Positions 1 through 12,000 of a DNA stretch of 64,000 nt are shown piece by piece. Each line of letters starts with the position of its first letter. Position 1 is the stretch's first letter. The stretch spans positions 234,568-298,567 of the forward strand of contig NW_019218117.1 of NCBI RefSeq assembly GCF_002571385.2, in the 5' to 3' direction. The stretch is from Stylophora pistillata (lineage: Eukaryota). The notes under the pieces were generated by a model. That model saw only the letters and a list, made by a program, of their open reading frames with translations, made no database searches and was not told the DNA's origin. A program made the translations under genes and the position numbers.

Positions 1-2
1 TG

Positions 3-272
3 ATTGGAATCGCCCGAGCGTTCTTGGGATCCGGTGCTCGCTCAGTGTTAGCGGCACGATGGGCCCTGGACGACACAGCCACAGAGCAGTTCATGACTTG
101 TTTCTACAAACATTTGTTCCGAGGTGAAAGTGCCTGTGAATCCCTTCACATGGCCAGAAATTGGATGCGTAATAACGGCTATGACAAAGTTTCTCAATGG
201 GCACCCTTTATGCTCATGGGCGACAACGTGACATTTGATTTTGCAACTTGGCCAGTGCCAACCCCCCCTTAA
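3..272 (+). CDS. C-terminal part of a CHAT-domain (caspase-like) protein, TPR-CHAT/TTC28-like; 5' end lies outside the window
   Basis: Frame from 3 reads IGIARAFLGSGARSVLAARWALDDTATEQFMTCFYKHL...ESLHMARNWMR...WAPFMLMGD, matching the CHAT C-terminal signature (G-ARAFL-AGA-SV--LW-V-D...W-PF-L-GD). Stop at 270-272. Confidence 0.9.
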   Translation: MGIARAFLGSGARSVLAARWALDDTATEQFMTCFYKHLFRGESACESLHMARNWMRNNGYDKVSQWAPFMLMGDNVTFDFATWPVPTPP

Positions 273-1089
273 AAGCTTGAGGCGAAAGGAACTGACCTAG
301 CAAAGCTCGTAATTGTAAGTTAATTGCTAGCGATCTGCGAAGGACAACTCGGATCGATACATATAGAAATGCATTTCTGTAAACAGCTTATTGAACTTCG
401 AAGTTTAATAATCCGAGACAAAACAGTGTATAGTGTACTCTTCATAAGAGTTTAGACTTTAAAAAAACTTAAGAGCCATTCTTTTTAAGTCATTAGTTCA
501 GCAGGCAAGCCAAGCAAATTGTGACTAATGCGATTAGTTTGTCAAGCAAAGGAAATTTTAATAGTGTTTTTCAAAGGTACATCTATCAGACATGAGTATT
601 ACGAGTAAGAATCAAAGTGGCTGTGAGTCACTGAAGTCAGTAAATGATAATGAAAGGCTGGGAGTGGACTCATTTACATTGATTCATAGCTCAGGGGATC
701 CACTTCCAGGAAAATTTTTACAGTACTTTTTTTATACTTTCTTTTTTCTAAGCGTTCGAACACTGTTGTCTGATATATAGATTTAGCCAAGCCTAAAAGC
801 GGAGCTCCCAATTAGTGAAAATTTTGCAATAACATTTCTTTACGTATATTAAAAGTTTTTAGCCAAAAATTAATTCAGTACAGATTAAACCCATTGACAC
901 TTACGTGTAACACGTGCCTGTGAAAAGTCACAATTTTGGAAAAAACCAAGAAAGCAAACACAATGCGCAGTAAATTTTGAAAATCATCTTTTCCAAAATA
1001 ACAAGCTCTAGCGAAAGAAGACTAATTAAAGAACGTATTTCCGGCGAAAAAAGCGATAGGTGCAAATTACGTTTTAACTAAAAAACCAA

Positions 1090-1304
1090 GGGCGCTTTCC
1101 ATTCAACAAAATTCACCGGTTCAAAATCTCGGAACTTTAGCTGACGAATGGAAAGCGTCCTTTTCGATAATTCGGGAAATTCCATTGACGAGAGTGCACT
1201 CAAAATGTATTCCTAAATTTTCGAAAAATTTTCCCAGAAGTTTTACCGTTCCATTCAATTTGGGACCGGAATTTTCGGAATTTTTGGTCGAATAGAAAGC
1301 GCCC
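1090..1304. mobile_element. MITE with terminal inverted repeats
   Basis: GGGCGCTTTCCATTCAACAAAA at 1090 is the reverse complement (with mismatches) of TTTTGGTCGAATAGAAAGCGCCC ending at 1304. An internal segment (~1207-1275) is repeated again at ~1306-1374. Confidence 0.75.
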
Positions 1305-1408
1305 CGTATTCCTAAATTTTCGAAAACTTATCCCGGAACTTTTCCGTTCCATTCAATTTCGGACCGGAAATCTCGCCGAATTTACCCTGTTTAAAAATAT
1401 ATATGGAG

Positions 1409-1779
1409 ACCGCCACCTGGTTAGCTCAATTGGGAGGGCGCCGGACTGCTGTGCGGGAGGTCGAGAGTTCAATACCGGCCGGACCAACACTCAGGGTCTT
1501 AAAATTAACTGAGAAGAATATGCTTCCTTTCTTTAACATCAAGAAATGGTTAGATATTCTAGTCTTCTCGGATAGGGACGAATAAATGGAGGTCCCGTCT
1601 CCTGCAGGGTTAGGGGCAGGAGACGTTAATTTCCCACGCACGAGATTACTGTGTGATGGATGTCCTCCCCTGGGGTGGGATGGGTGGGTAACAGGACCCC
1701 CGTTGATACCAGTGTTTACTACACTGAAGGGGCTATCCTGTATAAATATAGATGTCTGTCTGTCTGTCTGTCTGTCTGT
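1409..1779 (+). mobile_element. tRNA-derived SINE (Deu/Nin-domain-like), near full length with (GTCT)n tail
   Basis: A box TTAGCTCAATTGG and B box GAGTTCAATACC; central TCTTCTCGGATAGGGACG...GGAGGTCCCGTCTC...GACGTTAA; (TGTC)n tail. Further copies at 9711, 17838, 32451 and 38148. Confidence 0.85.
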
Positions 1780-2307
1780 GAGAAGCCCCGCTTCTTGCCA
1801 GAACCTTATTCAGCGGTTTATAAACACACTACTCTATAAGTCACAAATCAAACAAACTGTTCAAAAAATAAACTGAAAAGTGTGTCCTTTTTAAAATGTA
1901 AGTGTAGCACAATTTTATCATTTTTATAGCACATATATCTTTTTTCTATTTTGTGACATTTAAATCTTATGGTCATGTGATATTATTATAATGGTGAGAA
2001 ACGTGGTAATATCAATGAAGAGTGTTCAGCATCATCGTACTGTTACACTGTTACACTCTTGTATTATTTCAAACCCTCACCTTTAGCGAGACATTTTCTG
2101 CGTGGTAAAATAGTTTCCCTCAGCTGTTTACCCATATACAATGATGATTACATTTTTCCTTGATATTTATAACTTATTAACATTGTTAAGCAAAATAATA
2201 TATTTAAAGTAAGTCGTTCGTTGTCGGCCTATCTACTTCGATGGCGTTTTTCGAAATTCCAGGTACACTGAGAACTTCATCGATAAAAAGAAAATAAAAA
2301 GTTTCCA

Positions 2308-3140
2308 NNNNNNNNNNNNNNNNNNNNNNNNNNNNNNNNNNNNNNNNNNNNNNNNNNNNNNNNNNNNNNNNNNNNNNNNNNNNNNNNNNNNNNNNNNNNN
2401 NNNNNNNNNNNNNNNNNNNNNNNNNNNNNNNNNNNNNNNNNNNNNNNNNNNNNNNNNNNNNNNNNNNNNNNNNNNNNNNNNNNNNNNNNNNNNNNNNNNN
2501 NNNNNNNNNNNNNNNNNNNNNNNNNNNNNNNNNNNNNNNNNNNNNNNNNNNNNNNNNNNNNNNNNNNNNNNNNNNNNNNNNNNNNNNNNNNNNNNNNNNN
2601 NNNNNNNNNNNNNNNNNNNNNNNNNNNNNNNNNNNNNNNNNNNNNNNNNNNNNNNNNNNNNNNNNNNNNNNNNNNNNNNNNNNNNNNNNNNNNNNNNNNN
2701 NNNNNNNNNNNNNNNNNNNNNNNNNNNNNNNNNNNNNNNNNNNNNNNNNNNNNNNNNNNNNNNNNNNNNNNNNNNNNNNNNNNNNNNNNNNNNNNNNNNN
2801 NNNNNNNNNNNNNNNNNNNNNNNNNNNNNNNNNNNNNNNNNNNNNNNNNNNNNNNNNNNNNNNNNNNNNNNNNNNNNNNNNNNNNNNNNNNNNNNNNNNN
2901 NNNNNNNNNNNNNNNNNNNNNNNNNNNNNNNNNNNNNNNNNNNNNNNNNNNNNNNNNNNNNNNNNNNNNNNNNNNNNNNNNNNNNNNNNNNNNNNNNNNN
3001 NNNNNNNNNNNNNNNNNNNNNNNNNNNNNNNNNNNNNNNNNNNNNNNNNNNNNNNNNNNNNNNNNNNNNNNNNNNNNNNNNNNNNNNNNNNNNNNNNNNN
3101 NNNNNNNNNNNNNNNNNNNNNNNNNNNNNNNNNNNNNNNN
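2308..3140. other. Assembly gap (N run)
   Basis: Run of N. Other gaps are at 14920-15270, 17560-17828, 23310-23487 and 48416-48426. Confidence 1.
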
Positions 3141-4514
3141 CGCGTGTCAGCCGTGCGAGATGGTCGCTAAACTCGATCCCATGCCACGCTTTAGAGCAGC
3201 ATGAAGGTTTTACATTGAGATAAAAGGCGGCTTACTTTAATTCGCGGTTCTTTCTGTTGACCTCATGTTAATACCAATATTGATATTCCTCGTTCTCGTG
3301 GGAAGATGGGTCGGATTCTCAATTATTAGTGCAAGTCTCCTTTCTTCTAAGGGCTGCGTGTTTCCCAACTAGAAGAGAAAGGCAAGCGGGTAGACGAGAA
3401 CACCTAAATTGACAATGAAGCCTAGATGATTGAATTTAAAGGTAATCGAAAACAGTTTGAAGTAAACTTGCAATGGAACAAAATTTTGACCGAAATTGAC
3501 AGTTGACTGATGTGCTGCTAATCCTGCAGGGGTCTACAGCTTAAACAGAAACGCCAGCGCGTCCTGTCTTGTTACTAGAGTTTTTTTTTTTTCACTTGAC
3601 GTAAGCAGAGAAGGTATCCTATCACTTTTCATTGTGTGGGACAGAGATAATCCTTTTTTTTTTTTGAATTTTTCAAGCGAGCGCGAGCAGCCATTCGGTG
3701 GGAGGTCACGCAACACTTCCCCAAGGGTGCTTTGCGTGACATCCGAAAGAACAAGTGTGGAGGAGACAACATGTGGCTCTGGGGGCTCCACATCCTGTTG
3801 CGGTCCTGAAATGAGCCACTCGGGACAAGAGTTAAGAGAGTGGGGGTAGTCGAGAATAGCCGGCGCCCTCTGATGCGGGGTGTGTCGAGAAAGCTCTTCC
3901 TGGGTGTTATATCCGGCACTCATTCCAAGGGAGGATTGGAAAGTTCGACGGATTTTTATTAAAGACTTCAGGCATTTGCTAAGTTTGGCGTTTTTGAATA
4001 AAGCTAAAGGTTTGTTTCTCTGTTTCAATGAAAAACAAGAAATGTGTGACGTCCTTTTTATGAATTCATCCGTAAGAGTGTGATGGATCTGACTGTTCAA
4101 ACTGTTCAACTACTGTCTTTGCGCTTGTGGAAAGCAATCGTTGGATTTTGGATAGCTTCCGTAAAAGCTCTCGTTTGCGCCTTCGACCAACTTTTAACAA
4201 AAGCAATCGCCAGATTCTTAGCACTGACTATTTCGTTTAGTTTTTCGTGTCCAAAATAGCGAGAGCCTGTTGTTTAGGTGGAGTAAAAGCGGAGAAACCA
4301 GTTTCTACCTTTCCACGCTGTGTTCACGTGGAAAAGAGCGGTTACCTAGTAGATCAAATTTCACCACAGTACTTGCGTTAACGCACCCACATTCGCGTCC
4401 GCGAAGTAGTATCTGCCTTTCGAAGTTCCACATTTTATTCCAAGAAGTTTGAAGACAAGTCAGCATTGTGAAGAACCTGATCCATCAAGAAAATTTATTG
4501 CTTTCGAGACACCT

Positions 4515-6103
4515 ATGGGTCAAATTGCGAGGTGTTTGTACATTTCAAGAAGTTTGTATCACACAAGCCCTGTCTCGAGACCCTATCAGCAGAACTGGAA
4601 GACGGTATTTCAACGATTTTTCCAGGTGAGATCTTCTTGTTAAGATCATAGGCGTGTTTGATTACATCTTTTTAACTACAAGAGACGCTAGGTTCGATTT
4701 TTTGCCAGCTTACTTTGTTTATTTCGCTCCTAAGTGGTTATGAGGTTTTGCACTACGTTGATTGATTTCGTAATGCACGCGTTGTTGTAATCTGCAAATA
4801 TTTTGCCGGTTGATTTATTTTTTGTGCGCAAAAACATAACTACACGAGAGATTCCGACTATAAAATGGTAATAGAAATCCTAAATTTGGCAAGATCAGCA
4901 CGGAAAGAGAAATTCATTGAGAGAAATGATGGTTCAAATAGATTTTTTTCGGTTCAATTTTTACTACATGTGTTTCGTCACATGTTCGGCTCATTGCGTT
5001 ACGCAACCTACGACTACGAACTCTTGAAAGTACTGTATTCAGCGTTTGTTTCCTTGATCTACGCAGAAATCATTGCATATTAAACAGTGATAGTGCTTAA
5101 AGAAAAAATGTACTTGAAATTTCAGCATTCATCACCGAGGAGTGGACAGAATTTCAGGATCGACTTTCCGGCAGTCATATACGGGCAGATGTTAGCTTAG
5201 CAACCCCCCGCCAACCTTCCTCCTAACTTCTCTCTCGCCTACGATACCTTTTTTTTCAGCTAATTTTGTATTTATATGTCATTGCCTGTGTTCCATAGTT
5301 GTTCTATTTCTCTTATAACTATCATTTTGTTTAAAGTTTTTTTCTGAAATATAGAGTTTAAAAACAGTATTCAAAACACTTGTTTAATGATAGTTGGGCA
5401 CAGACTAAACCCTGTGCGGGAAAGTCTACCTCGGTGTGAAAAATTCTGGAAATCAAAACAAGTTTGTCAGCTTCTAGAATGACTTTTTGCTAAGACACTG
5501 AGCTACAGAAAACGCTTTTGATAAGCCACACCTTTTTCCCCCACAATTTTTGCAACATGTGCGAGTTGCGGAGAACATATGTAAAACATGTTGCAAATTA
5601 AAAATTGACTATTCTGTTCAGCAAATTAACAGGAACTCTATTGTAAGATGCAATGATAGAAATTGATCTTTGCTTTTGCAAGTTTGGTGGTTCCTAAAAG
5701 AGCACAAGGTCATATTTCTTCCTTTTGAGTTGCCTTAAACCTTATCATGAAGAGACCTTTTGATCAGTGTAATTTATCTGTGAATGCAACTCGTACAATG
5801 ATCAATGTCAACTGTATCCATGACAAGTTGATCAAATATTGCGATTGATAAGCATGTAAAATCGGTGGAAAGCAGTAACAGATATGAAATTTAAAATAGC
5901 TACAAACTTGTACATTATTCAATCTTTGCATTCTCTATTTGCAGTCTGGTGAAAAGCCTGTCATCTTTAACTTCACAGACAAGGGACAATCAGATTGTTA
6001 TTTACACAGAGGAGCTTATGGACTTTACCTTGTTGGAAGTTTTATCTCTTTTTATGGAGTATATCTGATGATCAATTGTAAGACAAAGAAAAGCTCACAG
6101 TGA
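4515..6103 (+). CDS. COX7A: Cytochrome c oxidase subunit 7A/Cox7-like protein, 89 aa, two coding exons
   Basis: Exon 1 4515-4625 (MGQIARCLYISRSLYHTSPVSRPYQQNWKTVFQRFFQ|gtgag) joins in phase 0 to exon 2 5945-6103 (ttgcag|SGEKPVIFNFTDKGQSDCYLHRGAYGLYLVGSFISFYGVYLMINCKTKKSSQ*). It has a presequence-like N-terminus, a Q-x-x-F-Q-x-x-x-x-P motif, a single TM helix and a basic tail, as in COX7A and yeast Cox7. Confidence 0.8.
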
Positions 6104-6980
6104 ATTCTTCACAGGGAATTTGATAATTTTCTACAGCATTGCTTCTCATGTGTGGAAACTGGATAGACATTTCTTCAAGAAGACTGTCATGTTAGAAACT
6201 TCAGATTGGAATTGTCTCATCTTGTTAAGAATTGGTCAAGTTGACTTTGCAAGTAGTTTGTTAGACTATTTCAAGTCCCATGGAAAGTCATGCAGTTGTT
6301 TTCCAGAACATTTGGTCACTTTGGTTGAATGTTTGGATGATCATCATGCAGAGAATCAACTGAACTACAATCAGTCAAGTCACAAGAAAATACTTCATGG
6401 AATGTCTAGTCTGGCTTCTAGGACCATTATACCACAAAACATTTATCTCAGAAACTCTAGCACTGTGTGTGAAGAGATAGTGAATGAAATAACCTTAAAA
6501 TGAGCATTCTTTTCAGCAGTTCTAACTTCAAGCCAATGAACACTTTATAGCTGGCTTTTGAAAGAATGCAATTTTTTTTTTTTTGAAATAAAGTAGATGT
6601 TATGTTGGAAAAAGAATTGCTCACATATTGTCAGAGCACTCCTTTGAAGTCGATTGAAATGTGACTTTTTAATTAATACAAGAAACAACCTATTCATTTC
6701 ACAGGTTCTACAGGTGCTAAACAATTGGATGAAGCTGGGACTAAGATTTTATTATTTATGAGATGTAACATAGACAAAGTAATGTATACTATTATTAACA
6801 TGAAAATTTATTGTAATATTTGCAAATCAAACATTTGCTTGTGTTTTTGTGTTGAATTTTATTGGATAAATATCATTATCATCACTTGGTGTGGAAAAGA
6901 TGGAAGTTCCCTGCCCCCCCTCCTTTCCCCCAGCAAAGAAACAGTTGTATACTGAGGGACTTTAAGGAGACACATGTTCT

Positions 6981-7191
6981 CAACCCTTTTACTTGCAAAA
7001 TATGATTAGAAATTCTCTTTACTGTCTATCATACAATTTTTATGATGTTGGTTTGAAGAATTTGGTATTGGATCAATTAATTATCCCCTTATTGATAATT
7101 TTCTTTATTCCCACTACTTGTCTGCTTGATATTGTATTGATCTTGTCAGGAGAAATTATATCTTGGTCACTTGTGGGAGTCAAAGGGTTAA
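6981..7191. mobile_element. Abundant ~200-bp non-autonomous element with (TT)AACCC...GGGTTAA ends (piggyBac-like MITE)
   Basis: AACCCTT...AAGGGTTAA termini. Related copies at ~12895-13092, 13645-13946, 14392-14600, 18551-18710, 32090-32250, 45750-45950, 48111-48280 and 49477-49990. Confidence 0.7.
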
Positions 7192-7412
7192 GTTTGCTGT
7201 ATAATGCACTCAACCATGGTAATTCTGAAATACACTACACATGGAAAAATAATAGTGGGATTTAGTCAGCAAATGAGGTGGACATCCCACATAATTTGCC
7301 ATAGCTTGTGGAACAACCACTGTTTGGATAGAATGATGGTCCATATCATTGTTACCCCCATGTATTTAGTATGGTTTCCCAAATGACTTGGCATTGTTCT
7401 TCGCGGAGAAAG

Positions 7413-7778
7413 TAGGGACCTAAAGCAGTCAGAATGACCATGGTGAAAAAAACATCAATTAACAAATGAACATAGATTTAAAGTAAGAATTTCATGGATG
7501 GCTGGATGTGTTTTCTTTCCCTTGTGATGCTACACCTCAACTTTAGTATCAGGTTTGTATGAACGGGGTCAAGTTCTAGATTCAAACTTAAGAGAACTGC
7601 TGTTGGTGTTTCCATTCCCAGACAATGTAAATTTTGGCAGTTTCATTTTGTTTGGCAGAACATAAAGAAATGTACAAAGTTTTAAAATGCATGCACTGAG
7701 CTACTCTTCTGCCAGTTAGATCTATTGTTTTGACACGTCCTCATCACGGTTGCCACTATGGTTTACTTAAAGTCCCTA
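7413..7778. mobile_element. Diverged MITE of the TAGGGAC...GTCCCTA family
   Basis: Ends TAGGGACCTAAAG and CTTAAAGTCCCTA. 7640-7778 is the reverse complement of the left arm of the copy at 62572-62940. Confidence 0.6.
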
Positions 7779-7926
7779 ACGTCTGACCAGGGGCGTGTTT
7801 CTCGAAGGTACTGTTAACATATCAGGGCTGTAGAGCTGTTCTGTTTCAATTCAAGATGAGGGTTTCAAAAGTTTTTGAAGATTATAAAATAAAACTTTCA
7901 GCTTAAAAATATATGTAATTTTGTTA

Positions 7927-8145
7927 TATCAACTAAGTTGAAATGATAAATTGGCCACCGTTAAGAATTAAAAATCTGACGTTTCAAGCATTAGCTCTTT
8001 CAGCGAATGATGAAGAGCCGATGCTCAAAACGTCAGATTTTTTAAATCTTTATGGTGGCCAATTTGCTATTTCAACTTAGTTGATGTTACCAATTTACTT
8101 GTCAGCCCCACCGACGCAGCACCACAGTTTATTTAGAAACTTTCA
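7927..8145. mobile_element. Penelope-like element terminal fragment in inverted arrangement, with degenerate minimal hammerhead motifs
   Basis: Inverted repeat ATCAACTAAGTTGAAAT...GGCCACC...CTGACGTTT / AAACGTCAG...GGTGGCC...ATTTCAACTTAGTTGAT. The centre contains TGATGAAGAGCCGATGCTCAAAACGTCAG. Homologous to 61253-61340. Confidence 0.65.
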
Positions 8146-9066
8146 CCCTTTATTTAAAAATACTGGTATACGGACTAGTCAGAAAGCCAGAACCTGCTTC
8201 TATTTTTGGTGCGTCAATTCACCATAACTTTTGAGAAGTGGGCCCCAGGTTGAACCTGACCTTATGTAGGACTCCAATCAGTGCGAGGTCTTTGCCATGC
8301 CACTGCGCTACCTCAAGGGTGAAATTATTTTGGCACTCATAGAGGGGAGTTTATGAGCAGTACTTTATAGACCATTATTCCATTACAAGTAACCTTTACT
8401 TTGCTCGAAGTTAGAAGATTTTTGTTTGTTTATTTATGCAATGCTCTGAGAAGTGTACAATAACGTGATAAAAATAATTCACATTTTACACATGCCAATA
8501 ATAACAAGACATAACCAATTAAATAATAATAGATACTTTTTCCAGATATTTTCCATCAATAAATCTTTAAATTTCACAACAAAAATACCAGATTGAAAGT
8601 GAATTTAAATCACTTGTCCAGGATAATCCAAGGGTAAAATTCACTTTCCTGAATATTCTTTTACTCCTGTTTTAGAACAAATGTAGTAAGAGTAGATTGT
8701 CTGTTTCAGTAATTCAATAACTTTCAAAGATTCACGGTTCACATCATTTTACAGCCTAACATCTGTTGCAATGCAAACACAAATATTTTTATCTCCACCA
8801 AGCTCACAAATTTGCTAAGCTGTAACAGCTTGCAAAGGAAAATAGAGCTTCAACCAAGGAGAGCTTAAGTGTTGCCAACCAAAGCATCATTAAAACAGCA
8901 TGTTGATTGCTTGGTAAGTCAACCCAACAGGTCTCCTAAAATGAAGACTGACTATATAACCCATGATTCATTGCTTTCTCAAAGAGAAGCAAGGAGGATA
9001 TTACACCATTCATAAAAAAGTCATTAATATGATGGATAGATCTCAAGTGGTGAACTGCCATTTTTT

Positions 9067-12000
9067 TCAATTTAATGATGGCACATGTTTCCCTTCCCAC
9101 TCCAGCCATACTCCTGGCCACTTGGTCTTTAGACAAGAAACAATCTGTTGTTCTGCTATACGGCTGAAGTCTGATGGCTCAATGGAAGCAAGTCCTTCTG
9201 TGTATATAACCTTTGAAGAAAAATTTTCAGACAGTTTATCAAAACAAATAGACAATTTGGAACATAATTTTATAAGATGTTAGGTTAACTAACAAAACAT
9301 CCTTCATCATCCTCATCACTCAAATCCTCATAAATATGATTTGGACCACATAGTTTCTTGCTAAAGGATTATGTTTTCATATCAACAATAGTCCATTTTA
9401 CAGTTTTTTGTTTGGTTGCAAAGCCTTTGAATGGGAGTGAGGCTAGGGTTGACCTTGTTATGATACCTTCAGCCTCACTCTGAATCAAAGGCTTGGCAAC
9501 TAAGTACACAACTGTAAAATGGCCTATTCTTTCCTAGGTCCTTATGAAATAACTGACAGAGATGTTGGAGAAATATCCAGAAATGCACATAGTATTGAAA
9601 GTAGCAAAACTTTGTCAAATTCGTCAAATCAAGCGAATTTTGTGTTATGAAAATCATGTATGTGTACTGTGGTTTCATNCCCTGCCTAACCAAATTAACT
9701 AATTAATAGATGCAGGAGACGGGACCTACGGTTTATTCGACCTTATCTGAGAAGACTAGAATGTCTATCCATTTCTTGATATTATAGAAAGGTAGTGCCA
9801 TCTCCTCAGTTATTTTAAAACCTTGAGTGTTGGTCCAGCCAGGGCTTGAACTATCGACCTCGACCTCCCGCACAACAGTCTAGTGTTCTAACCAATTGAG
9901 CTAACCGGGAGGCGGTCATAAGTAGGTAGGGTTCATTACTGCGAGAATTTCTTAGTGAATGTTCATGGATTTGTCGACTATCGAAAATTTTAGTCAAATT
10001 TGTCAAAGCAAAGATAAGGAGTCAGAGGCAAGTGATTAAAAAATCTTCTTGTGTTCTCTCAACATACTAAGTGGATTATTACAATGGTGAACAAATAGAA
10101 AAAGTGGTCTATTGCTTTCTTAAAAATATAATTCAATTTTATATGGGTTCCACATATTATTATCACATTGTATACACCTCTTGTTATCAAGCTACAATGT
10201 ATTTTAAAATGCCAGAAGACAGCATCAAGCCACCTTGTTTGTCTTCTTTACAGTCATCACATTTAAGGAGGGTTTAATTATTCAAAGTTCAATGACCTCT
10301 ACCTTTTTAGTGCCATCTTCCTCTCTTAATCCAAGTCCATTGTAGTGAAAAGCTTTAAATGGCTTAACATCATCTGCTAGTAAATCCTGCAACCAGATGT
10401 GAAACAAACAGATGCAAATAATATGAACGAGTGGTTGCTGCAAAAAATTCCCCTAGGGGGCTTGCCCAGGTACAAGATGATGACACCTTCCTGATTTATT
10501 ATCTTTTATTTGAAAATACTTTTTTCTAAATAACTTGGACACTTTTGCAGATTTTTTATATAATTATATATATATATTTTTTTTTTGGTGTGGGGGGAAT
10601 GTTAGGTAAAATGGTTGACTTCAATTTAGTCAAATAAAAGAAAAATTTTTGGGGGGGCATCTGAAGGTAGGAAGTAACCTTAATGGGATCTAAACCTTCT
10701 GCCTTAAAACTCTGCAGATTGGACTTGTGTGACAGACTAAGTTTTCCAATGCACATTTCAAACCCTTAAAAGATTCATGCATCAGGCACCTAATGCATCA
10801 CACATCATGCAACATGGTTCCTGATTAGTAAGGGTAAGACATTAATAAACCTTAAAAAGGAACTACATACCTCTCCAGGGAAAAACTCTGCCAGGAAATT
10901 CTGCAGAAGAATGATCCCAATAGAATCTTGGTCAAGGCGTTCTTTCATAAAGGATACACTACAATAAATAGAAGCACACGATCAGCAAATCATAAATTGA
11001 CGTACTGTTTAAAAAGATGATAAAGTAATACATTTTTTAAAGCAATTTTCAGATTACCCTCATATAAGGAGCTAGCCTTGGATAGTTAGAGATGGAAAAT
11101 ACATTTGACAACCGCCAATCAGACAAATGTGACCTCTCACGCGAAAACGTTCCTAACGGTAGCCGTTCGAACAGTGAAGGGAATGGCAAGCGAAGGTGTG
11201 AGTGACCGAGTCCCAAATCATTTTTATTAGTTCTGAATTTCATTGATTGAGAAAACTGCTAGACCAATCAGAATGCAAAGTAAAGCAAAACTAAAGCAAA
11301 CCACAATTACCTTTCAATTGAAAATCAATTGAAATTAAATATTGCTCTAAAAAAGCAAATGGCAGATGTGGCAATTGTAATAAGAAGTAACTTACTATTC
11401 AGGATCAGAAACAAGATCAAGATCCTCTAGGACACTTCCAAGTTGATCACTTGTTATGAAACCATTGTCTATTCAAGAGATAGCAAATAAGAAATTTTGT
11501 GAACATTGCAGAAATTTCATTTCAGATCTAGCTAAATAAATACACATAGATCTTGAAATTATTAGAATTATTAATAATTTATAATCAGTTTGTTGAATAT
11601 TTCAATACCTTGCTGGTCATGAGATTTAAAAACTCTCAGCCCTTTTTCTCTTTCACTTTCTGAGCCAGTTAGACTTCTTTCCTGAAATAATAAAAGAAAG
11701 TGTCTATGGCATCCATTCTTCAATATGCAGAACTTTGCAAATTCCATAGGATCAGATTACCTAATGGGGAGACATACAATGTGCATTAATTACATACAAT
11801 GTAATCAATTCTTTCCTGTTGAGAATCCCACCATTAAATAAATCCACTTCAGGAGTAATGAAACATGTGGGAGCCTGAGGCTTCACAGAGATGACTCTGG
11901 ATTAAACCATCTAGGTTCCAGCCCTTGAAACAGTGTTTCGTTTTCAAGCTGTTACAAGTAAAATTTACCCCCTGACGTACGTGTATGAGCCTAGTGGCCC

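Noticed and set aside
1409-1490. tRNA-like sequences here and at ~9840-9916, 12190-12263, 24300-24390, 32745-32802 and 38148-38225
   Set aside because: They have A/B boxes but no complete cloverleaf, and they continue into shared repeat bodies; these are SINE heads, not tRNA genes.
3236-3369. Minus-strand block with good acceptor and GTAAG donor
   Set aside because: Stops in all three frames; at best a non-coding exon, with no partner exons visible because of the adjacent gap.
3534-4109. 191-aa minus-strand ORF
   Set aside because: Non-ATG start and no recognisable motifs; it runs through homopolymer tracts and a GTCACGCAA...TTGCGTGAC hairpin repeat, so it is probably a chance ORF.
6120-6503. 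127-aa ORF after the COX7A-like stop
   Set aside because: TTG start, no motifs, and located in the probable 3' UTR.
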